NCBI RefSeq assembly: GCF_023055435.1
Contig: NW_025963890.1
Location: forward strand, 57,350,001 to 57,414,000
Reading direction: 5' to 3'
DNA from: Haliotis rufescens
Taxonomy: Eukaryota
Length of the DNA: 64,000 nt
Shown here piece by piece: positions 25,636 to 40,507 of the stretch. The notes beneath the pieces were generated by a model that was given only the letters and a program-made list of their open reading frames with translations, was not told the DNA's origin and searched no databases. Position numbers and translations under genes: made by a program. Position 1 is the first letter of the stretch. Every line of letters starts with the position of its first letter.

Positions 25636-28379
25636 AGAATTGACTAAACTGTGGTGTAATATTTGAGTGAATACAAGGGGTTTATTATTTATGTATGTTT
25701 GTTAGATGGTATCCCATGATGCACTCTCAAAACGTTTATATCACGAACTATTTATTGACTTATTTATGAAACAATAATAATTTAATAAATAAATTTTCTT
25801 GAATCATACATGCTATATGTTTGTTGTTTTAAACCTATATACCACACGTGACGAATTGATGATACCGTTACGTTACATTCGTTCAAACACACTCATTCAC
25901 TAAATCTAGATCATGAACAGCGGCAACAAGAGAGGCTTCCGCATTGACGTGACAATACATTTACAGTGTCGCCGTATTGATGATTTTGTCATTACGTTCA
26001 TTCCCCATGTTTAATTCACAAAGTGGAGGCACAAAAAGCGATAAAACCCTTTTCATATCCAATAGAAATCTCTGCATAAAGCAGAGTTGAGTACCATTCC
26101 GGCTAAAACATGAGCATGTGTTTATGCATCACTCTCAAATTGTAATGATACCAGGGGAGCGTATCCTGCCCCACCGGTGGCACCCGTCACAAACACATGC
26201 AAAGTTAAGTCAATTGTCCATATAACAACACACGGGAACATATGGCACGAGTCAAAATAGGGAATTGCAGGGACATCATTTTGGTCACTGATGCTTCAGA
26301 TTTGAAAATGTCTTCCACATGTCTACCATAAAACGTTTTGAAAGCTTTACTTTTCAAGCACAGTGGCAACTAGAAGGGCTGAGCATTTACGATATGAATG
26401 AGACAAACTATATAAAAATAGGAAGTATTTACAGATGTGTATACTCGTACGAGATCGATATCTGTTTCTACTATCTGCATTATACAATGTAAACGAGTCG
26501 TTTAATTAGAAATACATATTAAGAGTAGGAAAGTACTTTTGATGAAGTCATTTGAAAAGTATTCACTACTTAGACAGATAGATTGTTTCAGCATCTTACC
26601 CTGACGGCGAGTTGATGAGGTGACATGGGATGAAGGTTATTATTTCTTATTAAATAGCTACGTGCATCCACGTTTGTGTGAGTGTGTGTGTCTGCCTGTA
26701 CTAGCCAGGACTAATGCTGATTTGATAGTGCTAGCCCACTGAGATGCCATGCTACAGTTAACATGAAGACCCCACTCAGACACAGTATAATGAGGACGCG
26801 GTCTTTACCCTTAGGGGTATTGAAGAAGGTACCTTTGTTGTGTTCATTTGAAAGGTATATGCCACTTAAATAGACTGCTTCAGCATCTAATCCTGAGGGT
26901 ATTGCAAATGTTTACAAACATTCTAAAAGGAAGTGATTGTTTTAAAGTAACTGGATGATTATTTCCCTTTCGTCATTGCAACGTAATGTTCCGGGGATCT
27001 GTTTCACAAAGCAACCATAGCGCTACGACAGTATTAAGTCCCGATACCAAGTTCTAATTTAGACTGGCACTATTAGCATCTCAGATCTTTCGATGTAATG
27101 AAACTACTGAACACACACCTTTATTGTAGGTTCCGTAACTAACGCAAATATAAATTGTTAATTCGAGATAATAAAGGATTAGCCTAGATTCTCCACAGAA
27201 AAAGATTTTATTTGGCGTAAAGGGCAAATTAGATGTAAAAGGTATTTGAACGGACCACTGAAAATCAGTGATGACAGCAGGTATCGGTGAATAGGATAAC
27301 ATGACTGTCCTGCCCTACCGGTAGCATCCGCCACTCACACAATCTGCATAAAAAGTAAGTATCTATCGCCTGATGCCCCACAGCAGTACTCCTGACACGC
27401 GACGTCAAACTGTAAACAAACCAGACAATCAAGTGGTCGAGAAAATCCTGTGACACGATAGAACATTTACTCATTTTGTTGAGACTAATAAAACCGACAT
27501 GTTCATTTTTGAATTACGTCTGCTGTGTACAAGTGCAAAGATTCTGCAGCTTATGAGTAAAGAAAAACGTTAAAGAAATTAATGTATTCGTTTTGCAACA
27601 CAGTGGGGGCTGTTTTGATGTCTCGGCCCAAACATTTGTTTTGTAGTTGACTCAGCATAGATAAACGCTACTGAGCTTGTGATGAAACTCGGGGACTTCA
27701 GTCCACCAGCTGACCCAGTTTAAGTAAACATAAAATGCAAGAGAATTAATTACCCGCCTAGATTATCAACCGAAACAGATTCACCTGTAGACAAACAAAG
27801 ATGTCCTTTGAGGAAGTTACGGCATATAGGCTGAATGCAGCTGCAGAAAACATCAGTTCGGAAGGTCAAAAGAAGGATTTAAAAAAACTTCTTCTTCTCG
27901 CAAGTCAGCATAAGTCAGGATACATTGTATAAGAATTGTCAAGATATATTAAAGAAACAAAAGCGACAAAACCCTTTCCAGAGTCCATTGTGCGATTCCG
28001 TTCGCGAATTTTCCGTTACTTAAGAGGAAATTAATAATGCCATGGATCTAATTAAAACCGGTAAAGCAAAGTGTTGATATGTGATAGAAATGTTGAAAAA
28101 TATAAACAAAATATTATCATGCAATTACTCTGGTATCAACACGACAAACTTAAGGAAAAACAAACGGGGTTGCTGTAAATAGAGTTACATCTGTGTTACG
28201 TTTGGGAATAGGACATTCAGGCAAAAAGCAGGCACTCCTTGTCCGTCGTTTATGCCTCCTCCTTGCTGACCTGTTTCTTTATGCATAAGAGTCTTTATTT
28301 CGCATTGGCAAGATCAAAACAAGGAAATTGGCCAATAAGTTTAACTTTAACTTCAGGGGTATCCATCATCTGATATCGT

Positions 28380-29780
28380 GATGAAGATGCAGGTGGTAAG
28401 ATACTAAATCCTTACGTCACACGTGTGTCGTACAAGGTTGACCTTGTTTTATTCGTTTTGATTGGATAACCGTGACCTCTGTCACACCGGGACTACTTTT
28501 TTCATTCATACAAATTCTCGAGACATCATTCATTTTGCGATTACAAGGCAGAACTGAAGAAATTCATGAGAACGAGAGATATTTACAAACACTTTATTAA
28601 ACCAAACAAGATAAGTAGCACGCTTCTACAGACATTACATACAACCGAGCTAGATCTATAAATCGATTTACAATGTACGACTACCGATCAATAGAGCGAG
28701 GGTCCCCTTGAACGTGACGCACCCGACCACTTTCGCAACTTTCAATTTGATTTAACATAAAAGGATAAGCGTGGTGAAATCTGTTTAAACTATCTGGACA
28801 GATATCGAGACTTACTTGGGATGATCCGGTTGTGCCATCGGTGTCCCCTTTGAAGCGTATTTTGTGGCGCTGTTTCGGGAGGTGTTGTTCATGAAAGAAC
28901 GTACACGACCGCACGACCAGATCACTTAAAGTTAACAGTTCCGATACAAATCATTCGAAAACTCCGTGGAAGTGTGCCTGTCTTCTGATTTTGTGGCCTC
29001 AAACATCCCAAATGTGAACAAACATTCCCTATCTCTAGCGTGAAACGCTGTGAGTGGATCGCGGTTGTCTTTTCTTATTCCGATGGCGACCTTGCCCTTC
29101 GATCGTTCGAAGCAGTCACTGACATGCAAGCAGATTTGAGTTTGTTGATTTTCACGTCTTCAGTATAGGGTGGTACAGTTAACATGAATGTCTTTGGCGA
29201 ACAGTCTGATTTCCCTCTTCCAAAATGGTACGGACATGATATAAATTCAGCTGATAGATCAAGGAAACCGAACCATTTTGATTGCACAGCCGGGACCCCG
29301 GCAGTGCGAGCGACCGACTGTTGGTCGGATATTCAAAGCGCGGCGCTAATGTGACATTTCAAATTTTCTTATCGGTATCCTGCGTACTAACAATATGGCG
29401 CTTGAGTTACCATAAGTTGAAGAATTTCTTCCAAAAGGATCTTGAGCGTCCGTGCTGGTTTGTTTGCAAACAGAACAGCAGGCGCATGTTGTTAATGCGT
29501 ATGCATAAACATGTCAACAATGCCCATATTTGGTCATATATAAATATTCATACCGGTTTCAGTTTGGTCTGTCAACGAACGAAAGTTGTTATGTATTTAC
29601 ACTTAAATATATTTTTAACGTGGGTAATAAATAAAATACCACACTCATTCTCGTTAGATACCATTTCTACGAAACTCGTGAACTTTCTATGGTCTCTGAC
29701 CTCGCTTTCGCGCTGTCAGATACCATAGAAAGTCCACTCGTTTCGTAAAAATGGTATCTGACGAGAATGAGTGTAGTATT
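28380..29780. mobile_element. 1.4-kb insertion ending in a 66-bp-arm hairpin (possibly Crypton-like, non-autonomous)
   Basis: Interrupts the PLE remnant at tgatatcgt|tctataaatag, which is intact in the other units. Arms 29635-29700 and 29715-29780. No clear TSD. Confidence 0.6.
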
Positions 29781-31221
29781 CTCTATATAAATAGTCAGTG
29801 AAAAGTCAATATTTAGATCTATGCATGAAGATCCAGAGTAACAAAATCTATCACGAGACTGTATGACAAGAGGGATGCTTTCAACTTTCCCTTTTTGTCG
29901 AGCAATATTCCAGCAGCTCCAGCTTTTAGTGTCAACTTTGGTGTACTTTTGAGGTTCAATCGAGCATACTTTTTCCACGAAGATTTCAAAGAGCGACATA
30001 CGACTCTTGCTGAGAGTTGTTTGATCTGGGTTACAACAGTCAAGGCCTTAGAAAAGCTTTCAAAACGTTTTATGGTAGACATGTGGAAGACATTTTCCAA
30101 TTTGACGCATCAGTGAAAAAAATGATGTCCGACCCAATTTTCTGTTTTGACTTTTACCATAATGTCCCCGTGTTTGACAGTTGACTTGCCTTTGCTTGTG
30201 TTTGTGACGCGTGCCACCGGTGGGTCAGAATACGCTCACGTTTTCGCGAGCACATGGTATCATCACCATGATGTAGAACCTGAGATTCATTTGTATACAA
30301 TGACTTTCAGACCATATCGTTCAGTATTTATACGTGTATGCCAATTACGGAACAATGAAAATTGAAAATGAATATCTTCATTCGTCCCTTCTATTATGAC
30401 CAAAACAATACCTCTCATCTTTTACATTTGTCTGAAACACTAAAAATGAAACTCTTCCTCACATATGAATTAAAGTTTGCATATATACCATGTCTACAGG
30501 AAGCACATTATAACGATAGGCGCAAGGATAATACAAGTATTATATTGTACATATTTTGCACTTATGTATATGGTCCGGTGGCCTAGAATACAATATGCTT
30601 CTAGACTATTTCTTCATCAAGTTTACTAAATAAGATGATACTCCTACGATACAGGCTACAGAATATATACCATATATGCGATTTCCTTCAATAAATTAGA
30701 GACACCACTTTGTATATTATATAAACCACCTCATAAACTGCATCACGTGACAAAGAGGCCACATGTCACCTACTGTCAATGTGCCAATCACTCCCTCTTG
30801 TCGTGTTGTAATACAATATACCATTACAGGGATACCTAGACGCATTCGTAGCATGTTACCTGAGTCTTATGTTCTTTGGATTCATATTGAATACAATTTA
30901 TGTTGACATCCGTCGTTCTTCTGAAGCTGTTGTGGTATACCTAACTTACCAGTCAGATAACACAGCTCGCGTTGTTCGTAGTATGTTAAAAACAGCATTG
31001 ATTTCGTAAGAACGCTTTACGAATATTTTTTAGAACACCAACATTTTTATTTACAAATATAAATAAATCTGTAAACTATGACCATTGAGTTATTTTATAT
31101 ACACTTCTTCTTCATATGTGGTAGATACTTTCTGATAGTATTAGTGATCCATAATTAAAAGGACATGTGACTGATTTTGTTATGTCAGTCTCAGAACCTA
31201 TCATATATCTAAAAGTATTTC

Positions 31222-31385
31222 GGGGATGGTCGGGTAGCCTAGTGGTTAAAGCGTTCGCCAGTCACGCCGAAGACCCGGCTTCGATTCCCGACATGGGTAC
31301 AATGTTTGAAGCCCATTTCTGGTGTCCCCCGCCGTGATTTTGCTGGAATATTGCTAAAAGCGGTGTCAAAATCATTCACTCACTC
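31222..31385 (+). mobile_element. SINE family A (unit copy)
   Basis: Same site as 16298, more diverged. Confidence 0.9.
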
Positions 31386-32542
31386 TGAACGTGTTGGTGA
31401 GGAGAAATGGGATTTAACCTCACAGTTCAAGATTATTTCACTTATAAAGCACACACAATCCATTAAAAATGGTCTAAAGTGGGTATCCAGGTTCAACTTG
31501 TTGCACATTTTATGCATATAACAATCTATTCAATGAAAATGTCTGAACATAGTTTCAATTGCAACAATTTATATTGATGTACATTTCGGAAAAGGTGAGT
31601 GAGTGAGTATGGCTTTTAACACTATAGCAGCAATATCACAGTGGATTTTAGAACATTAGAATTGTACAAGATGTCAGCAACATTGTCAATAATTTTGTAT
31701 TCAATTTGAAGGAATATATTAGAACTCAAACTATTAAAAGATTCCATTAGTTTTATGTTCTGAAATATATAGCCGTCTTTATAAGTAGTCTGTTTTAAGT
31801 TTTATTAAATCTTAGAAAGCCTATTTGGGTCCATTTTTTCGAACAAGAATCCTTTTGGCGTAGAAGGCAAACTAGGCAAAGTATATGAAGGGATATCTGA
31901 AAATCAGGGAAGTCACTAAGTGTTTGCGAACTTATGGCTTTGAGCATATATCTGAATGTGAAATTAATTATGTCTCATATCATATTGAAGACAACTCATA
32001 TATTTTGTACTTGTTGACAAACATTTAAAGTTTAAATATGTTTCTACAATATAGCCTGAAACAGTATGTACTTCGAATACTCATCCATAAGAATAACATG
32101 TTTATTGCAGTTGCTTAAAGTGTAACACGACAAAAGAACAGTTTACAAACACAATGGCTTTATTTTACAAATTAATAAATACTTTACACTGAGAGTCATT
32201 TTATTTAAGACTTGCAAACAACCGTCAACGAACTTAAGGGAAAGCTTCAAATGATATTCTTAATCCCCTAAATTACTACAGTCATGGTAGGTCGAATCCC
32301 ACAAACATATTAATTAGGAACATCTGAGTTTTTGTTAAACAATTAAAGGTAATCGCGACATGAGTAGTACATGTATATCAATCATCCATCATGGCACTCG
32401 TGTCAGCCTTGTATTATTACAAAACAGCGTGAAGCGCCGACTGACACCTTGTAATGTATTACATGTGGTCCTATTGACTCATAGGTACTGCCATCTTAGA
32501 CAAGTTGTGTTTGACTTATTGCTGATTCCGTAACGTATGGTT

Positions 32543-32629
32543 TATAAACTGCAACTAAGCTAGTGGAACATCATTGGCTTCATCAGTTACAAGATCACTC
32601 CAGTTCGGTACAGGGACAATCCAAGCCAG
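32543..32629 (+). promoter_or_regulatory. TATA/Inr/non-coding exon 1 of copy 4
   Basis: TATAAA 32543, Inr A 32573, donor after 32629. Confidence 0.75.
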
Positions 32630-32960
32630 GTAAATTCTTTAGTTTTATCAGCTATGATGATACATACATATTTATAAATTGGCTAGTTTTACTGACGTTT
32701 GGGAATGTCAGATTATTACTTCTGATAAGGCTGTGTTGTATTCATGAACGTAAAACTGTTACAATTAATATAGTTTTGAGAATGCATGTTAAGTGTGAAG
32801 ATCAGTCAATACAAATGTTTGAGAAGTGCAAATTATTTAACTCGAACCTTCATTTGCATCTTCCAGCATCTTAGTACAAAGCAGTACCAAAACTTTTACA
32901 GACAATTTTATGACAGTAAATCAGAATTCTAAAATTTACAAAGTATATTTTTCAGACAAA

Positions 32961-34247
32961 ATGAAGATCATATGCCTCTGTATTGCTCTCTTAGGCGCTG
33001 CAGCCAATGGTAAGTAAATACGCGTGGATACATTTATGCATTACAAATATTACCTATATATCTTTATCTGTGCGAATTAATCAATTGCATAGTATGTACT
33101 CACCACCCAAAGAAACGCGAATGCCATACATGTTGGTTAATACATGAAGACTTACTCATATTTAAGAGATAGTAGATTGGTTCGATCCACAAAGGAACAT
33201 ACTGTTATGTTATGTGAACCGATGCTCATGAACACATAACATGTGACGTCATAGAAACATGTCTCGAGATGCACCATTTGTCTCGTGCAGGATTAGTGTG
33301 TAAAGTTTGGAAATCACGTGCAGCATATCTTGAAAGCAATGAAGACACTCTGTGGTAGCACTTGACTGATTGTAAGTTTAACATTAATTGGTGTACATTC
33401 TTAACGAACATACTTCTCTATATGTTTCTTTGGTTCGTGTTTCTTTTAGCGGTGAGTATATACACGTATAATTTGTGTTGCGAATACAATTCATGAATAT
33501 TCTCAAAGATAAGACACTGTGCACAGTTTTGTTGCAATATCATAACTCTCATCATTCTTTACCAGCTCAAAGTACTGCACATGCTTATAACAACGTCAAC
33601 CAGTTTAGTTTCCTTCCAACGAACAGCCATCACAGTCAAAGCAACACTGTTTCCACGGCATTTGGTTACCATGGTAACAGTTTATCCACCAACAACGGTA
33701 ACCAAGGTAATTCAGTTTACAATAACAAAGCAGTTGTCAAGGCAGCTAGTGATAGTTGTAGTAGTTGTAGTTGTGGTAGTGGTAGAGGGAGTGGTTGTTG
33801 TTGTTTGTTATTTAACGCCGCACTCAACAATATTCCAGCTATATGTCGGCGGTCTGTAAATAATCGATTCTGGACCAGACAAAACAGTGATTGACACCAT
33901 GAGCATAGATCTACGAAAATGGGATACGATGACATGCATCAATCGAGTCAGCGAGTCTGAACACCCGATCCCGTTAGTCGCCTCTTTCGACAAGCATAGT
34001 CGCCTCTTACGGCAAGGGTTGCTGAAGACCTATTCTAACCCGAATTTTCACGTGTCAGTGGCAGTAGATGAAGTAGTAGTAGTGAGTGAGTGAGTATGGT
34101 TTTACGCCGCTTTTAGCAATATTCCAGCAATATCACGGCGGGGGACACCAGAAATGGGCTTCACACATTGTACCCATGTCGGGAATCGAACCCGGGTCTT
34201 CGGCGTGACGAGCCAACGCTTTAACCACTAGGCTACCCGACCGCCCC

Positions 34248-34286
<39 letters not shown>

Positions 34287-34769
34287 TGTTGTAGTAGTAG
34301 AAGTAGTAGCAGCAGCAGTAACAGTAGCAGATAAACGATATAAGGAAAGTAATATTAGTATAAGTAAACGATAAACATTTTTTTGCTACCAGCTCAAGCA
34401 CCTGCACCCGCCTACCCAACGACGAATACCAACGCTTACCCAATGTCAAACAACTACGCCTACCAAGCAAATGGTTACAATGGTTACCAAAGGAACGCCG
34501 CGTCCGCTACAACTGGTTACCAGAGCAACACAAACAACATCAACTCTTTCATGCTTCCAATGATGATGGGTATGGACCAAGGAAGTCACATGGCAACTCT
34601 CGGAATGATGATGAACTCGAGACAGGGCAACAGCATGCTCCCCTTTTACATGATGAACCAAGGGTATGAGAACATGCTGCCCATGATGGCCTTCATGAAC
34701 CGCGGGAACCAGAGAGGCCAGAGGATGAACCCCTTCATGATGATGACTCTTCATGAAGCGATGAACTGA
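32961..34769 (+). CDS. Secreted Met-rich protein, copy 4 (188 aa)
   Basis: join(32961..33009,33566..33706,34393..34769). Open frame, TGA stop, AATAAA 34938. Confidence 0.85.
33099..33456. mobile_element. Tc1/mariner-type MITE in intron 2 of copy 4
   Basis: Same insertion as 24097-24454; TA TSD. Confidence 0.8.
33794..34052 (-). mobile_element. SINE-like family B in intron 3 of copy 4
   Basis: Same insertion as 24792-25055. Confidence 0.85.
34082..34247 (-). mobile_element. Young SINE family A inserted in the (GTA)n tract of copy 4
   Basis: Full length, near consensus; absent from copy 3. Confidence 0.92.
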
Positions 34770-37294
34770 GGAACATTGACTAAACTGTTGTGAAATATTT
34801 GAGTGAATACAAGGAGTTGATTATTTATTAATGTATGTTTGTTAGATGGTATCCCATGATGGTATCCCATGCACTCTCAAAACGTTGATGTATCAAAATA
34901 TTTATTGACTTATTTATGAAACAATAATAATTTATTGAATAAACTTATTTGAATCATACATGCTATATGTTTGTTGTTTTTAACCTACATACCACTCGTG
35001 ATGAATTGATGATACCGTTACGTTACATTCGTTCACACACACTCATTCACTAAATCTAGATCATAAACAGCGGCAACAAGAGAGGCTTCCGCATTGACGT
35101 GACAATACATTTACAGTGTCGCCGTATTGATGACACTGTTCATACGTTCATTCCTTATGATTAATTCACAAAATGGAAGCACAAAAAGCGACAAAACCCT
35201 TTCCATATCCAACAGAAATCTCTACATAAAGCAGAGTCGAGTAACATTCCTACTAAATCATGAGCATGTGTTTATGAATCACTCTCAAATTATAATGATA
35301 CCAGGTGAGCGTATCCGTCACAAACACATGCAAAGTTAAGTCAATTGTTCATCTAAAAACACACGGTCACATATGGCACAAGTCAGAATAGGGAATTGCA
35401 GGGACATCATTTCGGTCACTGATGCTTCAGATTTGAAAATGTCTTCAATATGTCTACCATAAAACGTTTTGAAAGCTTTACTTTTCAAGAACAGTGGCAA
35501 CTGGAAGGGCTGCTTCAAAGTGAAGGCATTTACCATATAATTGAGACGAACCATATCAAAATAAGAAGTATTTACAGATGTGTTTACTCGTAAGAGATCG
35601 ATCTCTGTTTGTACATTCTGCATTATACAATGTAAAGGAGTCATTTATTTGAAGTATAATTTAAGAGTAAGGAAGTACTTTTGATAAAGTCAATAGAAGA
35701 GTATTCACTTCTTCGACAGATAGATTGTTTCAGCATCTTACCCTGACGATGAGTTGATGAGGTGACATGGGATGAAGGTTATTATTTCTTATTATATAGC
35801 TACGTGCATCCACGTTTGTGCGATTATGTGTGTCTGCTTGTACTAGCCCGGACTAATGCTGTTTGATAGTGTTAACACACTGAGATACCATGCCACAGTT
35901 TACATGAAGACCACACTCAGACACAGTATACTGACTCCGAGGACGCGGCCTTTACCCTTAGGGGTATTGAAGAAGGTACCTTTGTTGTGTTTATTTGAAA
36001 GGTATATGCCACTTAAATAGACTGCTTCAGCATCTTAACCAGAGGGGTATGTTTACAAACATTATAAAAGGAAATGATTGTTTTAAAGTAACTGGATGAT
36101 TATTTACCTTTCGTCATTGCAAAGCAACCATAGCGCTACGACATTAGTAAGTCCCGATACCAAGTTCTAATTTAGACTGGAACTATTAGCATCTCAGATC
36201 TTTCGATGTAATGAAACTACTGAACACACGCCTTTATTGTTCGTTCCGTAACAGACGCAAATATAAATTGTTAATGCAAGAGAATAAAGTACTAGCCTAG
36301 ATTCTCCACAGAAATAGATTCTAATTGGCGTAAAGGGCAAATTAGATGTGAAAGTTATATGAATGGAGCACTGAAAATCAGTGATGACAGCAGGTATTGG
36401 TGAATAGGTTAGCATGACTGTCCTGCTCTACTGGTAGCACCCGCCACTCACACAATTTGCATAAAAAGTAAGTATCTATCGCCTGTTGCCGCACAGTAGT
36501 ACTCCTGACACGCGACGGCAAACTGTAAACAAAGCAGACAATCAAGTGGTCGAGAAAATAGTGCATTTACTCATTTTGTGGAGACTAATAAAACCGACAT
36601 GTTCATTTTTGAATTACGTCTGCTGTGTACAAGTGCAAATATTCTGCTGCTTATGAGTAAAGAAAAACGTTGAAGAAATTAATGGATTCGTTTTCGCAAC
36701 ACAGTGGGGGCTGTTTTGATGTCTCGGCCCAAACATTTGATTTGTAGCTGACTCAGGATTGATAAATGCTACTAGCTTGTGATGAAACTCGGGGACTTCA
36801 GTCCACCAGCAGACCCAGTTTAAGTAAACATAAAATGCAAGAGAATTAATTACCCGCCTAGATTATCCCACGAAACAGATTCACCTGTAGACAAACAAAG
36901 GTGTCCTTTGAGGAAGTTACTGCATATAGGCTGAATGCAGCTGCAGGAAATCATCAGTTTGGAGTCAAAAGAAGGATTTCAAAACCTGCTTCTTCTGGCA
37001 AGTCAGCATAAGTCAGGATACATTGTATAAGAATTGTCAAGATATATTAAAGAAACAAAAGCGACAAAACCCTTTCCAGAGTCCATTGTGCGATTCCGTT
37101 CGCGATTTTTCCGTTACTTATTAATTCAATTAATAATGCCGTGTATCTAATTAAACCCGGTAAAGCAAAGTGTTGATATGTGATAGAAATGTTGAAAAAT
37201 ATCCAAAAAATATTATCATGCAATGTACTCAGGTATCAACACGACAAACTTAAGGAAAAACAAACGGGGTTGCTGTAAATAGAGTTACATCTGT

Positions 37295-38040
37295 GTTACG
37301 TTTGGGAATAGGACATTCAGGCAGGAAGTAGGCACTCCATGTCCGTCGTTTATGCTCCCATCCTTGCTGACCTGTTTCTTTATGCATACGAGTCTCAATT
37401 TCTTTTCGGATTGGCAAAATCAAAACAAGGAAATTGGCCAACAAGTTTAATTATAACTTCAGGGGTATCCATCATCTGATGTCGTTCTATAAATAGTCAG
37501 TGAAAAGTCAATATTTAGATCTATGCATAAAGATCCAGAGTAACAAAATCTATACACGAGACTGTGTGACAAGAGGGATGCTTTCAACTTTCCCTTTTTG
37601 TCGAGCAATATTCCAGCAGCTCCAGCTTTTAGTGTCTACTTTGGTGTACTTTTGAGGTTCAATCGAGCATACCTTTTCCACGAAGATTTCAAAGAGCGCC
37701 ATACGACTCTTGCTGAGAGTTGTTTGATCTGGGTTACAACAGTCAAGGCCTTAGAAAAGCTTTCAAAACGTTTTATGGTAGACATGTGGAAGATATTTTC
37801 CAATTTGACGCATCAGTGAAAAAAATGATGTCCGACCCAATTTTCTGTTTTGACTTTTGCCACCGGTGGGTCAGAATACGCTCACGTTTTCGCGAGCACA
37901 TGGTATCATCACTATTTGATAGTGATTCATCGACACATTCTCATGATGAAGAACCTGAGATTCATTTGTATACAATGACTTTCAGACCATATCGTTCAGT
38001 ATTTATACGTGTATGCCCATTACGGAACAATGAAAATTGA
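37295..38040 (+). mobile_element. Penelope-like RT remnant (unit copy)
   Basis: SSNIPAAPAFSVYF... and FDLGYNSQGLRKAFKTFYGRHVEDIFQFDASVKKMMSD. Confidence 0.75.
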
Positions 38041-38885
38041 AAATGAATATCTCCGTTTATCCCTTCTATTATGACAAAAACAATACCTCTCATCTTTTAT
38101 ATTTTTCTAAAGCACTTAAAATGAAACTCTTCCTCACAAATGAAATAAAGTTTGCATATATACCATGTCTACAGGATGCACATTATAACGATAGGCGCAA
38201 GGATAATACAAGTATTATATTGTACATATTTTGCACTTATGTATATGGTCCGGTGGCCTAGAATACAATATGCTTCTAGACTATTTCTCGATCAAGTTTA
38301 CTAAATAAGATGATACTCCTACGATACAGGCTACAGAATATATAACATATATGTGAATTCCCTCAATAAATTACAGACACGATGTTGTATATTATATAAA
38401 ACACCTCATAAACTGCACCACGTGACAAAGAGGCCCCCATGTCACCTACTGTCAATGTGCCAATCACTCCCTCTTGTTGTGTTGTAATACAACATTACAG
38501 GGATACCTAGACGCATTCGTGGCATGCTACCTGAGTCTTATGTTCTTTTGATTCATATTGAATACAATCATGTGGACATCCGTCGTTCCTCTGAAGCTGT
38601 TGTGGTATATCTAACTTACCAGTGAGATTACACAGAACGCGTTGTGCGTAGTATGTTTAAAACAGCATTGATTTCGTTAGAACGATTTACGAATATTTTT
38701 TAGAAGACAAACATTTTTATTTACAAATATAAATAAATCTGTAAACTATGAGCATTGAGTTATATTATATACACTTATTATTTATGTGTGGTAGATAGTT
38801 TCTGATAGTATTTAGGATCCATAAATAAATGTGACTTATTTTGTTATATCAGTATCAGAACCTATCAAGTATCTAAAAGTATTTC

Positions 38886-39054
38886 GGGGCGGTCGGGTAG
38901 CCTAGTGGTTAAAGCGTTCGCTCGTCCAGCCGAATACCTGGGTTCGATTCCCAATATGGGTACAATGTGTGAAGCCCATTTCTGGTGTCCCCGGCCGTGA
39001 TATTGCTGGAATATTACTAAAAGCGGCGTAAAAATCTAACTCACCCATTCACTC
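38886..39054 (+). mobile_element. SINE family A (unit copy)
   Basis: Same site as 16298. Confidence 0.9.
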
Positions 39055-40220
39055 TGAACGTGTTGGTGAGGAGAAATGGGATTTAACCTCTCTGTTCAAG
39101 ATTATTTTACTTTTAAAGCACATACAATCCATTGAATAGTGGTCTAAAGTGGGTATCCAGGCTCAAGGTGATGAAAAATTTCTGAACTTAGTTTCAACAA
39201 TTCATATTCATGTACATTTCGGAAAAGGTGAATGAGTGAGTGAGTTTGGTTTGTTGACGCTTTTAACAATATAGCAGCAATATCACAGTTGATTTTAGAA
39301 CATTAACATTTTAAAATTTCTTTTGGTTAAAGAATTGTACAAGATGTAAACAGCATTGTCAATAATTTTGTATTCGATTTGAAGGAATATATTAGCACTC
39401 AAACTATTTAAAGATTCCATCAGTTTTATGTTCAGAAATAAATACCCGTCTTTATAAGTAGTCTGTTTTAAGTTTTATTAAACCTTAGAAAGCCTATTTG
39501 GGTCCATTTTTTTCGAACCAGAATCCTTGGGCGTTAAAGGCAAACTAGCACTAAAAAGTATATGAAGGGATATCTGAAAATCAGTGAAGTCATCAAGTGT
39601 TTGCGAACTTATGGCTTTAGGTATATATCTGAATATGAAAATAGTTATGTGTCATATCACATTAAAGACAACTCATATATTATGTACTTGTTTAAAAACA
39701 TTTAAAGTTTTAAATATGTTTCTACAATATAGCCTGAAACAGTATGTACTTCGAATCCTCATCCATAAGAATAACATGTTTATTGCAGTTGCTTATAGCG
39801 TAACACAACAAAAGAACAGTTTACAAACACAATGGCTTTATTTTACAAATAAAAAAATACTTCACAATGATAGACCTTTTATTTAAGACTTGCAAACAAC
39901 CGTCAACGAACTTAAGGGAAAGCTTCAAATGATATTCTTAATCCCCTAAATTACTACAATCATGGTAGGTCGAATCTCACAAACATATTAATTAGGAACA
40001 TCTGAGTTTTTGTTAAACAATTAAAGGTAATCGCGACATGAGTAGTACATGTATATCAATCACCCATCATAGCACTCGTGTCAGCCTTGTATTATTACAA
40101 AACAGCGTGAAGCGCCGACTGACACCTTATAGTGTATTACATGTGGTCCCTTTGACTCATAGTTAATACCATCTTAGACAAGTTGTGTTTGACTTATTGC
40201 TGTTTCCGTAACGTATGGTT

Positions 40221-40308
40221 TATAAACTGCAGCTGAGCTGGTGATAGAATCATTGGCTTTATTAGTTCCAGTAGCACTCTAGTTCGGTACAGTGATAATC
40301 CAAGCCAG
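40221..40308 (+). promoter_or_regulatory. TATA/Inr/non-coding exon 1 of copy 5
   Basis: TATAAA 40221, Inr A 40252, donor after 40308. Confidence 0.75.
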
Positions 40309-40507
40309 GTAAATTCTTTGGTTTTATCAGCTATGACGATACATACATATTTATACATTGGCTAGTTTTACTGAAATATCGGAATGAAAGACTGTTGTTA
40401 CTGATATAGCTGTGTTGCATTCATGAACATGAAATAAATGCAATTAATATTGTTTGAGAATGCATGTTAAGAATTCTGAACTATACAAAGTATATTTTTC
40501 AGACAAA

